Source of the DNA: a virus
Direction: 5' to 3' (one strand)
Virus record (IMG/VR): IMGVR_UViG_3300019360_000007
Location: 1-64,000 of that record
Length of the DNA stretch: 64,000 bases
The translations under genes and the position numbers were made by a program. The stretch's first letter is position 1. Each line of letters begins with the position of its first letter. Of this stretch, positions 9,178 to 20,136 are shown piece after piece. A model generated the notes under the pieces. That model saw only the letters and a list, made by a program, of their open reading frames with translations, made no database searches and had not been told where the DNA came from.

Positions 9178-12100
9178 GACGACCCCGCATCCTTCACGGA
9201 CTGTGCGAGCCTGAGCTGTCTCAGCTCGTCGCGTCTCTTCTTCGGCAGCTCGTCCTCAAACCGGGAGATCCTCACGAGAGTCCCGTCCTCGCGGTTGACC
9301 CTGAAGTCGAGCCACGCCAAGCGCAGCTCCCGGAACTGGTCGTTGTTGTCGAGCACGTCCTCGATCCTGTCTGTCAGGACCGGGCGCCCGTCCCCCTCCT
9401 CGGCTGCCGGGTTGTCGGCGTTGCTCTCCAGGGTCGAGTAGCTCGGTGTGCCGGGCGGAGAGCCAGGCGGGAACTCGTGATCGAGGCGCGAGTCGTTGAC
9501 CCAGAACCGCCGGTCCAGGACCGACAGAGCATCCGTCGTGTTCGCGAACGGGCTGATGCCGACGAGGCCCCTGACACCGTCGATCAGTTCGTTGCTCATG
9601 ACGCCCTTCCCCTCGTCGGGGATCAGAGGGTTACCGAGATCGGCCACGTGCTGGTCTCGCTGGAACACGAAGTAGGTCCCGAACTTGTCCTCGCGGAAGA
9701 ACACGTCGAACTCCTCAAGGAAGCTCAGCGTGCGCTCGCGCATCAGAAGGACAAGGTCGACGGCCTCCTCGCTGAACAGCGAGGAGGGTCTGATCACACG
9801 ATACGAGAACGGGGCGACCGAGAACAGGTTGCCCAGGAAGCTGTTGGTAGGAGACCCGTTCTCCCCGGCGAAGGACGTGGGCCGGAGGTCCATCTGTCCC
9901 TCGACGCCTGGGCCGCCGGGCGGGTCGGCGAAGGGAGCCGTCGACGCGCTTACCGTCGGGAGCACGGCGTACTCCGCCGCGGTCCCGAAGGTCACGAACC
10001 CGCCGCCCGGGTCGGCCGAGTAGTCGGTGTCCGAGCTGACCGCGAGGGAGTCCTCCTCGACGGTCGTGACCCTGTACCACCCGCGGTTGTCGTCGAGCTG
10101 GGCCGGTGCTCCCGCGACGAACGGGACCTCCTGTCCGGCCGTAGCCACCGTACGGTCAGGGACACTGCGGTCGCCGAACGGGCGAGTCCCTCGCTCTGGA
10201 CCCGTCGCGGGGATGGCTCCGAGCGGGCCAGACAGGTCGCCTGCCGGATCAATGACCACGATGTCTCCCTCCTGGATCCCGAGCGCGTCGTAGTTGATGG
10301 ACTTGTCGGTGTCCTGGACGCGTCGCGGATCCGTGGGGTTCGCCTCCGGCTCCACGAACCCTCCGACCTGGGACGACAAGTCCGCGTGGCGGTCTAGGAG
10401 CACCTGGTCGGTGATCATGGTGAAGAGCTGTTCGTTGCTCTGCTCGTGAGGCACGGGCGCCTGCCGCAGGTAGATCTCGAAAGGCTTCCCCGGGACGTCC
10501 GCGGCCGAGACGGCCAGGATCCCCGGCGGCTTGAGCCAGATGTCGTCGGGACCCTCGATGCCGCCGATCTCCGCCTCGTCGAGCACCGTGACGCCGTCGT
10601 CGTCGAGCAGTCTGAACGTGTCGCCGGGATTCACGTTGACGAGATCGTCGTCGAAGCCCCCGAGCTGTGTTCCTCCGGTTGCCGTGACGACGAACGGATA
10701 CGGCGTGGCGCTCGGGCCCACCACCTTGGTCCCGAAGGTGGTCACCGTGCCACGACGGATCTGGTAGACGTAGCGCAGCGGGCCGAGAAGCTCGCCCACG
10801 TCGGAGAGGACGTCGTGGAATCTCCTGATGCGCCGCACCTCCCAGGTCACGGGCTCGTCGGCGACCTCTCCGAACGCGGTCCCGTCCCGGAACCCGATGG
10901 CCGCCACGGGCACGGAGTTCCCCGCATCCACCACGCGCTCGTCGGCGCCAGCCAGGTCGAGGGTGGGGCGAGGCCAGGACGGTTCCAGGAAGATGCCCGC
11001 CTGCGCCGAGAATCCCGCGGTGATTCCGTCAGTCGTGATGAATCTGTCTCCGGGTAACACGGCCGGGATGCCCGCCGCCGCAAGCGCGTGGACGTTGTCC
11101 CACTGGGCAAGGGTCAGATTCAGCTCCATGAACTGGGGGACATCGTCGTAGACGTAGGCGTTCGCGTCGTCGACGAAGCTGGTGTTCACGATGGGCGTAG
11201 CAGCCGTCGTTCCCACCTCTCCGGCCGCAGGAGCACCGATCACGAGGTCGCCGCCACCGAACGTGAAGAACTCGTTGCCCGCGCCCACCCCAGACCCGGC
11301 GACGCGGAGAGCTCGGAACCCCACCGCGGTCGTTCCTGCGCTGTCGAAACCGACGAGGTTTCGAGGGAGCACCGGAGCGTCGGGGGGATCGCTTGCCGCG
11401 TCCATCGTGATGTCAAACTTGACGAAGCCCGTGACGATCGTCGTCGCCAGCAGAGCATCGATGACAGCTACCGCGGCAGCTCCGACGATGGAGCCATCAA
11501 GATTGGTCGCGGTGAGCGAGTTGACCGAGAACGTGTTGGTGGCGTTGTTGACCGCGGTGTAATCGATGCGGAAGTTCCCGGGGAGGAAGTTCGGGGCGTC
11601 GGGATCAAATTCGCTAAGAAGCCACAGTGTTCCCGTGGCAGCCCATGCCGATGATCCGTCTGACGGCACAGTCGTGTCGGAAACCTGGATGGTGGATGCG
11701 GCGTCGACTCTGGCCTGTACGATGTTCGGGAACACGATGCGCGCCCATCCGTTCTGCGTGTTGAAGGGCAGCGTCGTTGTCGTCAATGTCATCTCCCGAC
11801 TCTCCGTGCTGAGCACGTTCGGCTCGACTACGTGCTTGACGAGGTACGTCCCCGCGGTCGTCGCGGCGCGCGGCGTCGCGGCGTCGCTTCCCAGGATCAG
11901 GCACACGTCGCCGGCCTCGATGCTCTCCAGGCTCCCGACCGCCGCGCTCAGGAACGTGACTCCGTCGCTGGATATCCTGAAGTTCCTGTTCGTGGCGACG
12001 CCTGTGACTCCGCTGCCTCTCGCGATCTCGGTCGCCGATCCGACCGGGAAGGCGGACGACGGGATCGCCGAGAACGTGATGGGAGACGTGGTGACGATGG

Positions 12101-15100
12101 GAGCGTTGCCGTGGCCCTCAAAACCCATCACCCGGAGCGTTCCTCGTCCCGTTCCGGCGGGCGCCGGGTCGAAGGCCCCGATACGCGGGAACAGGCTGCT
12201 GCGGTCCAGGAAGGTGAAGGGGAGGCCGCCGTTGACCTCCGCGGCAGCATTGACCGTACAGGCATCCGTGCTGCCGCTGGCCACGAACGGCACCTCCAGC
12301 TCGCTGGCCACCGCGATGCCAGCCACGAGAGGCTCCGTCCGCGGCAACACGGTTCGCAGGTCGAGGGACTCGTCCAGCGTGAGTCTGTCCGCCTGGATGA
12401 ACCCGGTGGTGCTGGCTCCGCCCGCGCCGACGGCCGAGGTCAGGTCCAGATCGACGGTGAACCACAGCGGGATCGTGTCCCCCGGGTTCAGCGGGTCCTC
12501 CGGCAACGTGGGGGGCACGAGTCCCGGGTTGAGCGCGATGGTCACGAACGGGCCGGGAGTGTCTACGTAGATCTTCTCGTCGTCGGCGGAGATCGACGTG
12601 ATCGCCTGCGCGCCCGCATCGCCCGTCGCCGTGGGTGCGCCGTTGTTGAACGCGATGACGACCGACTGGAAGAACACGGGCGCCGGGTTGACGAGGTCAG
12701 GTGCAGACCAGAGGTTGATGGTCACAACATTGTCCTGCGCGGCGCCGAAGAACGGGGGGCTGAAGATGTCATTGAGACCCCCGGTCAGGGCAGCCGGGGT
12801 CCCATCATTGAAGACCAGGATGGCGTTGGAGATCTGCGTGATGTCGAACTCGGTGACGGTACCGACGCGCCGTACGGCCATGCCGGGCGGGAACGCAAGG
12901 ACGCCCTGGTTCACGAACGACATCGCGGTCTTGAGCCGGTACCTGATCCGCTCGGCTGCGGCGGCGGGAAGCGCAGTCGGAGTCACGAAGCGCGGGGGCT
13001 CGATCAAGCTGCTGCCACCCTGCACGAAACCGACGGACAGGATGCCCTGCGATCCCGGAGGCAGCCCTGCCCCGGCCTGTCCCGTCTCGACGAGGAGGAC
13101 GTCGAACGGCACGACGTCGCCGATCCCGCTGTTGGCCACGTAACCTCCCGCCGTGGTCACCGGGGTCGCGTCCAGGGCAGTCACGAGAGCCGCCGGAGGA
13201 TCCGTGCCCGTGAGCACCCCGAAGATCTGGCCGTCGGTCCCCTGGATCTCGTCCGGGTAGACAGCGTTGGGGACGAGGGAGTCCCCGAAGATGCTCTGGA
13301 ACGACTCCTGGACGATGCCGAGGATCTCGATCTCGGTGTTCGGCGTGTAGAGGTAGGGCAGCGTGTAGTCGCCGCTGTCGTTGAGGAACCCGCCGGTCAG
13401 AGCCGGGATGGGAGCAGGCTCCGTGCGGCCGTTCCTGAATGACACGTCTGCCTCGATGGTGCTCAGCGGCAGAGGGGGACGCTGGTGCAGGATCTCCTTG
13501 AGGCCGAAGATGCTGGGGTCCTCGTAGCTGGGGAACGAGATGTCCCGGTACTCGCCGTCGGGTCGGTCCACGCGGAGATCGAAGTTGAGCCGGAACTCCG
13601 GCAGACCCTGGATCTGCGCCGCCGTCTCGGTCTGCGTGGGCGGGTCGTCCACGTCCCCCATCGTCACGTCGGCGTCCGGCGGCGTGACGAAGACCGTGTC
13701 TCCGCGCGACAGATCGATGGGAGGATTCGTGGCCGCCGGGTCCTCCGACACCTCCAGAAGCCCGTCGGGCAGGATGGTGGCCCCGTCCTGGTCGACGAAC
13801 GTGATGACACAGCCGAGGATGATCTCCCCCACGAAGATGGACTTCGTGACGGTGAAGTCCTGGCCGAGGAACGTGAACGTGAACGTCTCGCCCGCGGCCG
13901 CGTCGATGATGCGCCCGTCGGGCCTCCCGAACGCCGCCTTCGGGAGCACCCTGGGCTCGTCCTGCCAAGCAAAGAACGCGGGGGTGAAGAGATCGGGATC
14001 GCCCGTGGTCAGATCGATGACCTCTCCCCCCTGCGCAGCGAGCTGCCCGGTGTCCGGCAGACCTCCCTCGCCGATGGGGAACTCGTGGAGCGGGAGCGGA
14101 GTGGCGATGACCGCGGGTCTCGGGAACGCGGCGAATCCGGGGAATCCGATGATGAACGGATCGAGTTCGGGGAACCCCACGTTGCTGTAGGCGTAGATGC
14201 GGGCCCGAGGCAGGCGCAGCCGGACGCTGATCGAGCCGATGTTCTCGATCTGCCCGAGGACCGGGTTCTCGACTTGGCCGATGGACTTGAGGAACGTACT
14301 GGCGCGCTTGGGCAGCTGGATCTTGAAGTTCCCCCCGTCGCCCTTGATGGAGAGCCGCCGGATCCGTTTGCGGAAGGAGTACACGCCGGGATCGACGGGA
14401 ACGGCCTCCAGGTCGGCCCCGATGCCGGGATCCGTGAGGGTGAACGCCTCGGCGCGCTCGGGGAAGATCCTGGAGAACGCGCTCGGAGAACCCAGACGCC
14501 GGTACCGACCGAACGCCTCAAGACGCAGCGGGAAGAGCCTCAGCCTCTTGCGCGTGCGGGAGACGAGAACGACATCGTCGACGTCGTTCATCACCAGCTC
14601 CTTCTGCTGCTGCTGGAGGTCGTCCAGGAAGTCCGGGTCGATGTACGGGCCCTCGATGTCGTCTCCCGACACCGTGAGTGCCGTCGGGTCCACGAGCGGG
14701 TCCCGCTCCAGGAACACGGTGGCAGGGTTGTACGCGAAGAACAGCTCGCTGAAGATGTTGCGACGGTTCAGCTCGCCCGTGATCTCGTCCTCGTAGCCTG
14801 GAGGAGGGATTTCCTTCCCCCGACCGATGAAGAACTTGAACTTGCCGTCCCTGTCGCCGACCACGTTCCCGGTGATCGTCTCCTGCACCTGCTCAAAGGG
14901 GACGATGGTCTCGTTGTAGAACTCGAGGAAGACGCGGGCGGCACGGTCCGTGTCCTCCAGGTCCCGGAGCTGCGACTTGAGGCCCAACCGTCCCTGGGTA
15001 GCATTCTCCGCCGGAGGGATCACGGCCGGCGCTGCGCCGAAGGACGGCAGCTGTGCCGCGATGTCCCGGGCAACCTGGTCCGACACCTCTCCGAGGTAGG

Positions 15101-18100
15101 AGAGCAGGGGAAGTGACCGATAGAACCAGGTGTCCGGGCTGGAGAACGTGTAGGTGCCTCGGAGAATCTTCCCCAGGCGACCGTTCTCCTCCGAGGGGGC
15201 CTCGACGTGGACGAACCGGGCATCGAAGCGCGGGTTGAGCACGAACTCGCTGAACAGGATGGGGGTGACCGAGCGCTGCCTCGTGTGGCGCAGATACAGG
15301 ATCTGCGTAGGGAGGAGCGGCCCCTGTGGAGGGGGCAGGAACTCGATCCCGCCGTCGTCTGCGTTGATCGAGTAGTCGATGGTGGGCCTGAGCGTGCGTC
15401 CTGGAAGCTCCACGCCGCCAGAAGTCTCTCCGAAGAGAATCAGCTCAAACGGTCTCTCGTTCGCGACCCCGCCACGTCCGAGGAACTGTGACGGGCTGGG
15501 CTGGTACACGGGGCGGACGCTGATTTTCGCTACGTCCTGGCCGAACGCGAACCCCCTGGGAAAGAAGCTGGTGACGTCGACCCTGGTCCGCGTGCCGTCA
15601 TCGGACCGCTCGGAGCCCGAGATGATGAAGGGGAGACCTCCGAGTTCCAGGAGATGCCCCGGCACCGCGATTGCCGTCAGGTCGGCCTGGAACGTGATGT
15701 CCTGGAAACCGCGGTTGATCGGTTCGTACGCGGCGAAGATCTGCATCCAGAACCCGTCGGGCGCCGCGGGGACGATGTCGGTGGCGAGCGGGATGTCGGA
15801 GATGAGCGAGAGGGAGTCGGATCCCGGATCCCGGGATCCGGCTTCAAGCTCCGTCTCCGGGATGAAGTCGACCCTGGTCTGGTTCGTCGCGGGATCGAAG
15901 GTCGAGGCCGTTATGTAGAACGGGAACGCGGCGACCCGGAGCAGCTTGCCGGGCGTGACGTCGCCCGTCCGGTCGGTCTCCAGCGTGAAGCTCGACCTGT
16001 TGGCCTCGATGCGGAACGGAGGACGATACACGGGCGGCTGGCTGACGGTGTAGGTCTGCTCGCCGCCGAACGCCTCCAGCACGGCGTACGTGATTCGCAC
16101 GACGCTGATGTGAGGGACGGGCAGCTCCAGGATGGCGACGCTGTTCTCGAAGTCGAAAGTGGCCACCGGGCTGCTGCCGACGTTGTAGATCGTCGACCCG
16201 ACGTAGAAGACGGGCTCGATGTCGTCGCGGAGCGTTCGATCGGTGGGATTGAACCGCCACCGCGCCACGTCTCCCGTCCCCTCGGGAGTGGCCGGATCGA
16301 GCTGCACGAAGAGCGGGAGCTGCTCGATCACCTCGACGGGGTGCGTGCCCTTCGTCGGATCGCCTGGATCGTTTGGCTCAAGGAAGAGGCTCCCGGTACC
16401 GCTCTCGGCCCGGAAGTACTGCGCCTCGACGACCTGGAACTCGCGCAGCGGCGTCGTGAAGAGGAACGACCCCTGGATGGGATTCACCGTGTAGTCTCGC
16501 CCGCCAGTGGCGACCATCTGCTCGACCAGGAACGCCTCCGATCCGCCGTGGGCGGCCATGTCCGGTGCCGAGAAGTTAAGTGCCCCGTCCGACAGCCGGT
16601 ACTCGACCTTCCCCACCGGGAGCTCGACCGGGCTGAGGTTCGGCGTCAGGAAATCCTCCACGTAGATGACGTCCTGCCCGTCGAACTGCGCGAAGACCTG
16701 ATCTCCGAAGTTGAGCAGACCGTCTCCGATCTGCACCTCGATGATGTCCCCCACGAGCGGGAAGGTGACGGGTCCCGGCACCTTGACGAGGTTGCCGTCC
16801 GCGAAGGTGTAGGTCTTCGCCCCGACGCGGACGGAGAAATTGTCGTTGGCGAAGCGCTCCGACGCCGGACTCGGGACGAACAGGGCCGAGTTCACGATCT
16901 GCCCGAGATTCACCTGCTGGAGCTGCACCATGGCCGCGTCGGCGCTGCCGGGGTCCTGTCCGAACCGCACGTTGATCTGACGTCCGCTGGCGATGGCATC
17001 GCCCAGGACCGCGACCAGCCGCGTCTGGTCCTGCGCGGCCTGGTTGGCCGGCACGTCACCCAGCGGGGAGAGGACCCGCACCTTGAACGGATCCTCAGGG
17101 AGATGATTGAACTGCACGTACTGCGTGTCGGCGACGATGCCGGGATCGAACTGCTCCGCGGTGACGCCGTCGTAGAGTTCCCACGGGACGGGGCCTCCGC
17201 TGACGGGGAACGGCTGGCGCACGACGAGCTGGTTGGACAACGTCGCGTCCTGAGCGACGACGTAGGTCCCCTGCGCGTCGCCCTGCGTGATCTTGAGCTG
17301 GTAGCCAGCCTTGACGCCCAGCGCGACGAAGTCGATGTCGGGCGAGGAGTCCGAGAACGTCGTCCCGCCCTGCGCGAAGGTTCCACGCCCTCCGAGCTGG
17401 ACGAGCGCACCTACCGTGTCGATCAGGAGAGCGATGCCGGGAGCCCCGTCGTCCGGCAGGATGAAGTCCTCCTCAAGCGTCTGTGGCTCGAGCGGCTGGC
17501 CGGCGACGGAGATGCTTAGTCCCTTGCCGGGGAGACGGAACGAGGACGGGATAACCCCCGTCTGCCCGAGGAACAGGTTGTTCGTGGGCTGCAGGAGAGT
17601 CTGGTTCTCCGTGTGCTCGTCGGCCCACGAGAACTTCTCCTCCCCGAACTGGTAGAAGACCTCGTCGTAGTTCTCCAGCAGCAGCGACACGAGACCGTCC
17701 TGTAGACGGAAGAAGATCCCCTCGTCGTAGCCCGCCACATCTTCAAGCGGAGGCCTGTCCAACAACACGACGGGCGACTGCGAGATGGACGGCGTCAGGA
17801 CCACGTCCTCGAACCTGTCGACGTGGCCAACGTCGGCCACGTCGTCCTTGCTGCCGTCGAGGTTGAACGGGCTGCGGAAGACGCCGAGCGTGGTCCCGTT
17901 GTCGGGGAGCCACACGATGTCCGGCGGCGGATCGACGGCCACTGCGGACGCGATCCTGATCTTCCAGCCCGGGAGGAAGCCGAGGGCCGAGGGCCCGGAG
18001 AGGTCCCTGATACCGGGTCCGAGCCCGATCTCGATCTCGCCGTAGAATGCTTGGTCGGCCATCGAGGCCGTCTGGATCGCCACCCTCCCGTTCACCGCGA

Positions 18101-20111
18101 CGGCCGTCCCTCCGGCGAGTACGGCGGCGAGGCTCTGTGCGATCTGCTCCGCCGTGAAAGTTCCGCCGACGGACGTGCTCACTCCTCCAGGGTCGAGAGA
18201 CGCGTCCCACGTGGACGTCGCCCCGTTGATGTTCACCACGAACACCTCGTCGCCGACCAGGACGAACTGGTCGCGGACGCGGGACCACATGCGAGCCTCG
18301 CGAGCCCAGACGGACGGCTGCGCGCCAGACTGCAGGAAGAACAGCGGGTGGCCGTCGAAGCGCTGCAGGTCCTCGCGTCCCAGGATCACCTCGCTGCCCC
18401 CCGCGCCCTCCCGACGGTCGAGATACGCGGTTCCGCGTGGGATCCTGAAGCGGAATCGCGGGCGCTCGTCGTCGTCGTCGAAGACGATGATCGTCTTGAT
18501 CTGCCCGTTGTCCGTGAACAGGACCAGGTCCCACGGCCCCGTCACCTGCCGCACGAGACCCGATCCGTTCCCCGGACGGACGCCGGGGTCCGTGGAGGTG
18601 TTCGGGACCGCGCCCGTGCCGTCGGCGAGGAACAGCACGCCGGACGTCCCTGGAGACGGGGTGGGAACCGCGTCTGGGACGAAGATCTGGTGGTCCTTGC
18701 CGGACACCACCGTGGGCATCCCTCCGCTGTCGACGAGCTGGACGGGGCGGCGGAGGGGCACGGGTCTCTGCGTGAGGCTGACGCCGTCGTAGAAGACGAG
18801 GGCGCCCAGGAAGCTCACGTCGAAGTCGGGGCTGTCCGGGTCAGCACGGGCCAAGTCGACGTCGGAGAACTTGAGCCGGCCCGTGCTGGCCGCGACCCCG
18901 ACCTGGTGTTCCTGGACGACGAGGGCCGCGAGGGCCGTCTCCGTCTCCACGAGCAAGGCGTCCAGAGGCTGGCGAGAACCGATCCTGACGAACGGGTACT
19001 CCGTCGGGCCCGGGATGGGCGACAGGAACAGCAGCCGGAGGTTGGCGTCCTCGAGCGGACCCAGCGGCTCGATCTCGTCCTGGTCGACGAAACCCCGGTA
19101 CGAGTAGAAGATCCTCTGCCCGGCGAAGGTGTCCACGAAGGCCGGGTTCCACACGAGCTGTCCGCTGGCCTGGCCCACGATGCCGGCGAGCGTGGGGTCG
19201 GTCGAGAAGTCGAACTCCTCTGCCTCGTCGTCCGTGACGACCTTGATGCCGCCGAACCCGGACACGCCGACAGGCTGTGCCACGGGAATCGAGGAAGCGT
19301 CCGGTCGCGTGCCGATCCTGACCATCGAGTAGGAATCGGGCGCGGAGCTGTCTCCCGGCAGGAAGTCGCCGAGGATCACGTGCGACGGAGCCGGTGCCAG
19401 AACGTAACTCCCGTCGACGAGGAGCACGCCGAGATCTCGCGGAGGAGTGCCTCGCAGGGGGCGCCATCGCTGGACCCTCCCGTCCCACTTGAAGCGGTTC
19501 TCGTAGCGGTCGTTCCGAGACCACCAGAATGCCGGGGGCGAGATGGTGTAGTCCGTGTCCGTCGCTCGATCTCCGCGCTGGCTGGACACTCCTCCCCCGA
19601 GCGTCGCGAGCGTCACCGGATCCGTGATCGTGAACACCCCGCTGACGGGATCGAAGTCGCCGTGCCCGACGAGCTGGACCTCCTCTCCGGTGTCGCCTCG
19701 GCGCACCACGAGACTGACGACGCTCACGATGGTCCGGTTGGCGTCGTCGATGATGATGGAGGAGTTAGAACCTGACGCGCCGAACGGATTGTCCGCGACC
19801 AGGACCACCAGATCTCCCTGCGGGAAGGAGACCGTCGCGTCGCTCACGACGAACTCGCCCGCGTCGCGCAGGTCGGCCGTGTTGGCGGCCCAGACCAGGT
19901 ACTCCGTCTGCCCGTCGTCCGGGCGCAGGAGCACGGCCGCGCGGTACTGGTCGGCGGACAGCTCGACGAGGTCGGGGGACGGCAGGACGTAGTCCCCCGA
20001 GAGGGGTTTGAAGTCGCGGTCGACACCGTTCGACGCCTCGTCGGTCGTCGTGGCGTTCGCCGGCGCCGTGCGAGGCGCCCTGAGCACGAATCCTGTGAAG
20101 TCGAATCCCAT
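9174..20111 (-). CDS. Giant baseplate-region structural protein, 3645 aa, function unknown
   Basis: 10.9 kb uninterrupted ORF with strong GC3 bias; acidic, G/P/V/T-rich beta-type composition; recurring G(V/I)..GD.(L/V).I units; lies between spike and wedge genes. Confidence 0.8.
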   Translation of the reverse strand: MGFDFTGFVLRAPRTAPANATTTDEASNGVDRDFKPLSGDYVLPSPDLVELSADQYRAAVLLRPDDGQTEYLVWAANTADLRDAGEFVVSDATVSFPQGDLVVLVADNPFGASGSNSSIIIDDANRTIVSVVSLVVRRGDTGEEVQLVGHGDFDPVSGVFTITDPVTLATLGGGVSSQRGDRATDTDYTISPPAFWWSRNDRYENRFKWDGRVQRWRPLRGTPPRDLGVLLVDGSYVLAPAPSHVILGDFLPGDSSAPDSYSMVRIGTRPDASSIPVAQPVGVSGFGGIKVVTDDEAEEFDFSTDPTLAGIVGQASGQLVWNPAFVDTFAGQRIFYSYRGFVDQDEIEPLGPLEDANLRLLFLSPIPGPTEYPFVRIGSRQPLDALLVETETALAALVVQEHQVGVAASTGRLKFSDVDLARADPDSPDFDVSFLGALVFYDGVSLTQRPVPLRRPVQLVDSGGMPTVVSGKDHQIFVPDAVPTPSPGTSGVLFLADGTGAVPNTSTDPGVRPGNGSGLVRQVTGPWDLVLFTDNGQIKTIIVFDDDDERPRFRFRIPRGTAYLDRREGAGGSEVILGREDLQRFDGHPLFFLQSGAQPSVWAREARMWSRVRDQFVLVGDEVFVVNINGATSTWDASLDPGGVSTSVGGTFTAEQIAQSLAAVLAGGTAVAVNGRVAIQTASMADQAFYGEIEIGLGPGIRDLSGPSALGFLPGWKIRIASAVAVDPPPDIVWLPDNGTTLGVFRSPFNLDGSKDDVADVGHVDRFEDVVLTPSISQSPVVLLDRPPLEDVAGYDEGIFFRLQDGLVSLLLENYDEVFYQFGEEKFSWADEHTENQTLLQPTNNLFLGQTGVIPSSFRLPGKGLSISVAGQPLEPQTLEEDFILPDDGAPGIALLIDTVGALVQLGGRGTFAQGGTTFSDSSPDIDFVALGVKAGYQLKITQGDAQGTYVVAQDATLSNQLVVRQPFPVSGGPVPWELYDGVTAEQFDPGIVADTQYVQFNHLPEDPFKVRVLSPLGDVPANQAAQDQTRLVAVLGDAIASGRQINVRFGQDPGSADAAMVQLQQVNLGQIVNSALFVPSPASERFANDNFSVRVGAKTYTFADGNLVKVPGPVTFPLVGDIIEVQIGDGLLNFGDQVFAQFDGQDVIYVEDFLTPNLSPVELPVGKVEYRLSDGALNFSAPDMAAHGGSEAFLVEQMVATGGRDYTVNPIQGSFLFTTPLREFQVVEAQYFRAESGTGSLFLEPNDPGDPTKGTHPVEVIEQLPLFVQLDPATPEGTGDVARWRFNPTDRTLRDDIEPVFYVGSTIYNVGSSPVATFDFENSVAILELPVPHISVVRITYAVLEAFGGEQTYTVSQPPVYRPPFRIEANRSSFTLETDRTGDVTPGKLLRVAAFPFYITASTFDPATNQTRVDFIPETELEAGSRDPGSDSLSLISDIPLATDIVPAAPDGFWMQIFAAYEPINRGFQDITFQADLTAIAVPGHLLELGGLPFIISGSERSDDGTRTRVDVTSFFPRGFAFGQDVAKISVRPVYQPSPSQFLGRGGVANERPFELILFGETSGGVELPGRTLRPTIDYSINADDGGIEFLPPPQGPLLPTQILYLRHTRQRSVTPILFSEFVLNPRFDARFVHVEAPSEENGRLGKILRGTYTFSSPDTWFYRSLPLLSYLGEVSDQVARDIAAQLPSFGAAPAVIPPAENATQGRLGLKSQLRDLEDTDRAARVFLEFYNETIVPFEQVQETITGNVVGDRDGKFKFFIGRGKEIPPPGYEDEITGELNRRNIFSELFFAYNPATVFLERDPLVDPTALTVSGDDIEGPYIDPDFLDDLQQQQKELVMNDVDDVVLVSRTRKRLRLFPLRLEAFGRYRRLGSPSAFSRIFPERAEAFTLTDPGIGADLEAVPVDPGVYSFRKRIRRLSIKGDGGNFKIQLPKRASTFLKSIGQVENPVLGQIENIGSISVRLRLPRARIYAYSNVGFPELDPFIIGFPGFAAFPRPAVIATPLPLHEFPIGEGGLPDTGQLAAQGGEVIDLTTGDPDLFTPAFFAWQDEPRVLPKAAFGRPDGRIIDAAAGETFTFTFLGQDFTVTKSIFVGEIILGCVITFVDQDGATILPDGLLEVSEDPAATNPPIDLSRGDTVFVTPPDADVTMGDVDDPPTQTETAAQIQGLPEFRLNFDLRVDRPDGEYRDISFPSYEDPSIFGLKEILHQRPPLPLSTIEADVSFRNGRTEPAPIPALTGGFLNDSGDYTLPYLYTPNTEIEILGIVQESFQSIFGDSLVPNAVYPDEIQGTDGQIFGVLTGTDPPAALVTALDATPVTTAGGYVANSGIGDVVPFDVLLVETGQAGAGLPPGSQGILSVGFVQGGSSLIEPPRFVTPTALPAAAAERIRYRLKTAMSFVNQGVLAFPPGMAVRRVGTVTEFDITQISNAILVFNDGTPAALTGGLNDIFSPPFFGAAQDNVVTINLWSAPDLVNPAPVFFQSVVIAFNNGAPTATGDAGAQAITSISADDEKIYVDTPGPFVTIALNPGLVPPTLPEDPLNPGDTIPLWFTVDLDLTSAVGAGGASTTGFIQADRLTLDESLDLRTVLPRTEPLVAGIAVASELEVPFVASGSTDACTVNAAAEVNGGLPFTFLDRSSLFPRIGAFDPAPAGTGRGTLRVMGFEGHGNAPIVTTSPITFSAIPSSAFPVGSATEIARGSGVTGVATNRNFRISSDGVTFLSAAVGSLESIEAGDVCLILGSDAATPRAATTAGTYLVKHVVEPNVLSTESREMTLTTTTLPFNTQNGWARIVFPNIVQARVDAASTIQVSDTTVPSDGSSAWAATGTLWLLSEFDPDAPNFLPGNFRIDYTAVNNATNTFSVNSLTATNLDGSIVGAAAVAVIDALLATTIVTGFVKFDITMDAASDPPDAPVLPRNLVGFDSAGTTAVGFRALRVAGSGVGAGNEFFTFGGGDLVIGAPAAGEVGTTAATPIVNTSFVDDANAYVYDDVPQFMELNLTLAQWDNVHALAAAGIPAVLPGDRFITTDGITAGFSAQAGIFLEPSWPRPTLDLAGADERVVDAGNSVPVAAIGFRDGTAFGEVADEPVTWEVRRIRRFHDVLSDVGELLGPLRYVYQIRRGTVTTFGTKVVGPSATPYPFVVTATGGTQLGGFDDDLVNVNPGDTFRLLDDDGVTVLDEAEIGGIEGPDDIWLKPPGILAVSAADVPGKPFEIYLRQAPVPHEQSNEQLFTMITDQVLLDRHADLSSQVGGFVEPEANPTDPRRVQDTDKSINYDALGIQEGDIVVIDPAGDLSGPLGAIPATGPERGTRPFGDRSVPDRTVATAGQEVPFVAGAPAQLDDNRGWYRVTTVEEDSLAVSSDTDYSADPGGGFVTFGTAAEYAVLPTVSASTAPFADPPGGPGVEGQMDLRPTSFAGENGSPTNSFLGNLFSVAPFSYRVIRPSSLFSEEAVDLVLLMRERTLSFLEEFDVFFREDKFGTYFVFQRDQHVADLGNPLIPDEGKGVMSNELIDGVRGLVGISPFANTTDALSVLDRRFWVNDSRLDHEFPPGSPPGTPSYSTLESNADNPAAEEGDGRPVLTDRIEDVLDNNDQFRELRLAWLDFRVNREDGTLVRISRFEDELPKKRRDELRQLRLAQSVKDAGSS

Positions 20112-20136
20112 CGGTGCAGCTCAAAGTGGGGGCGGC

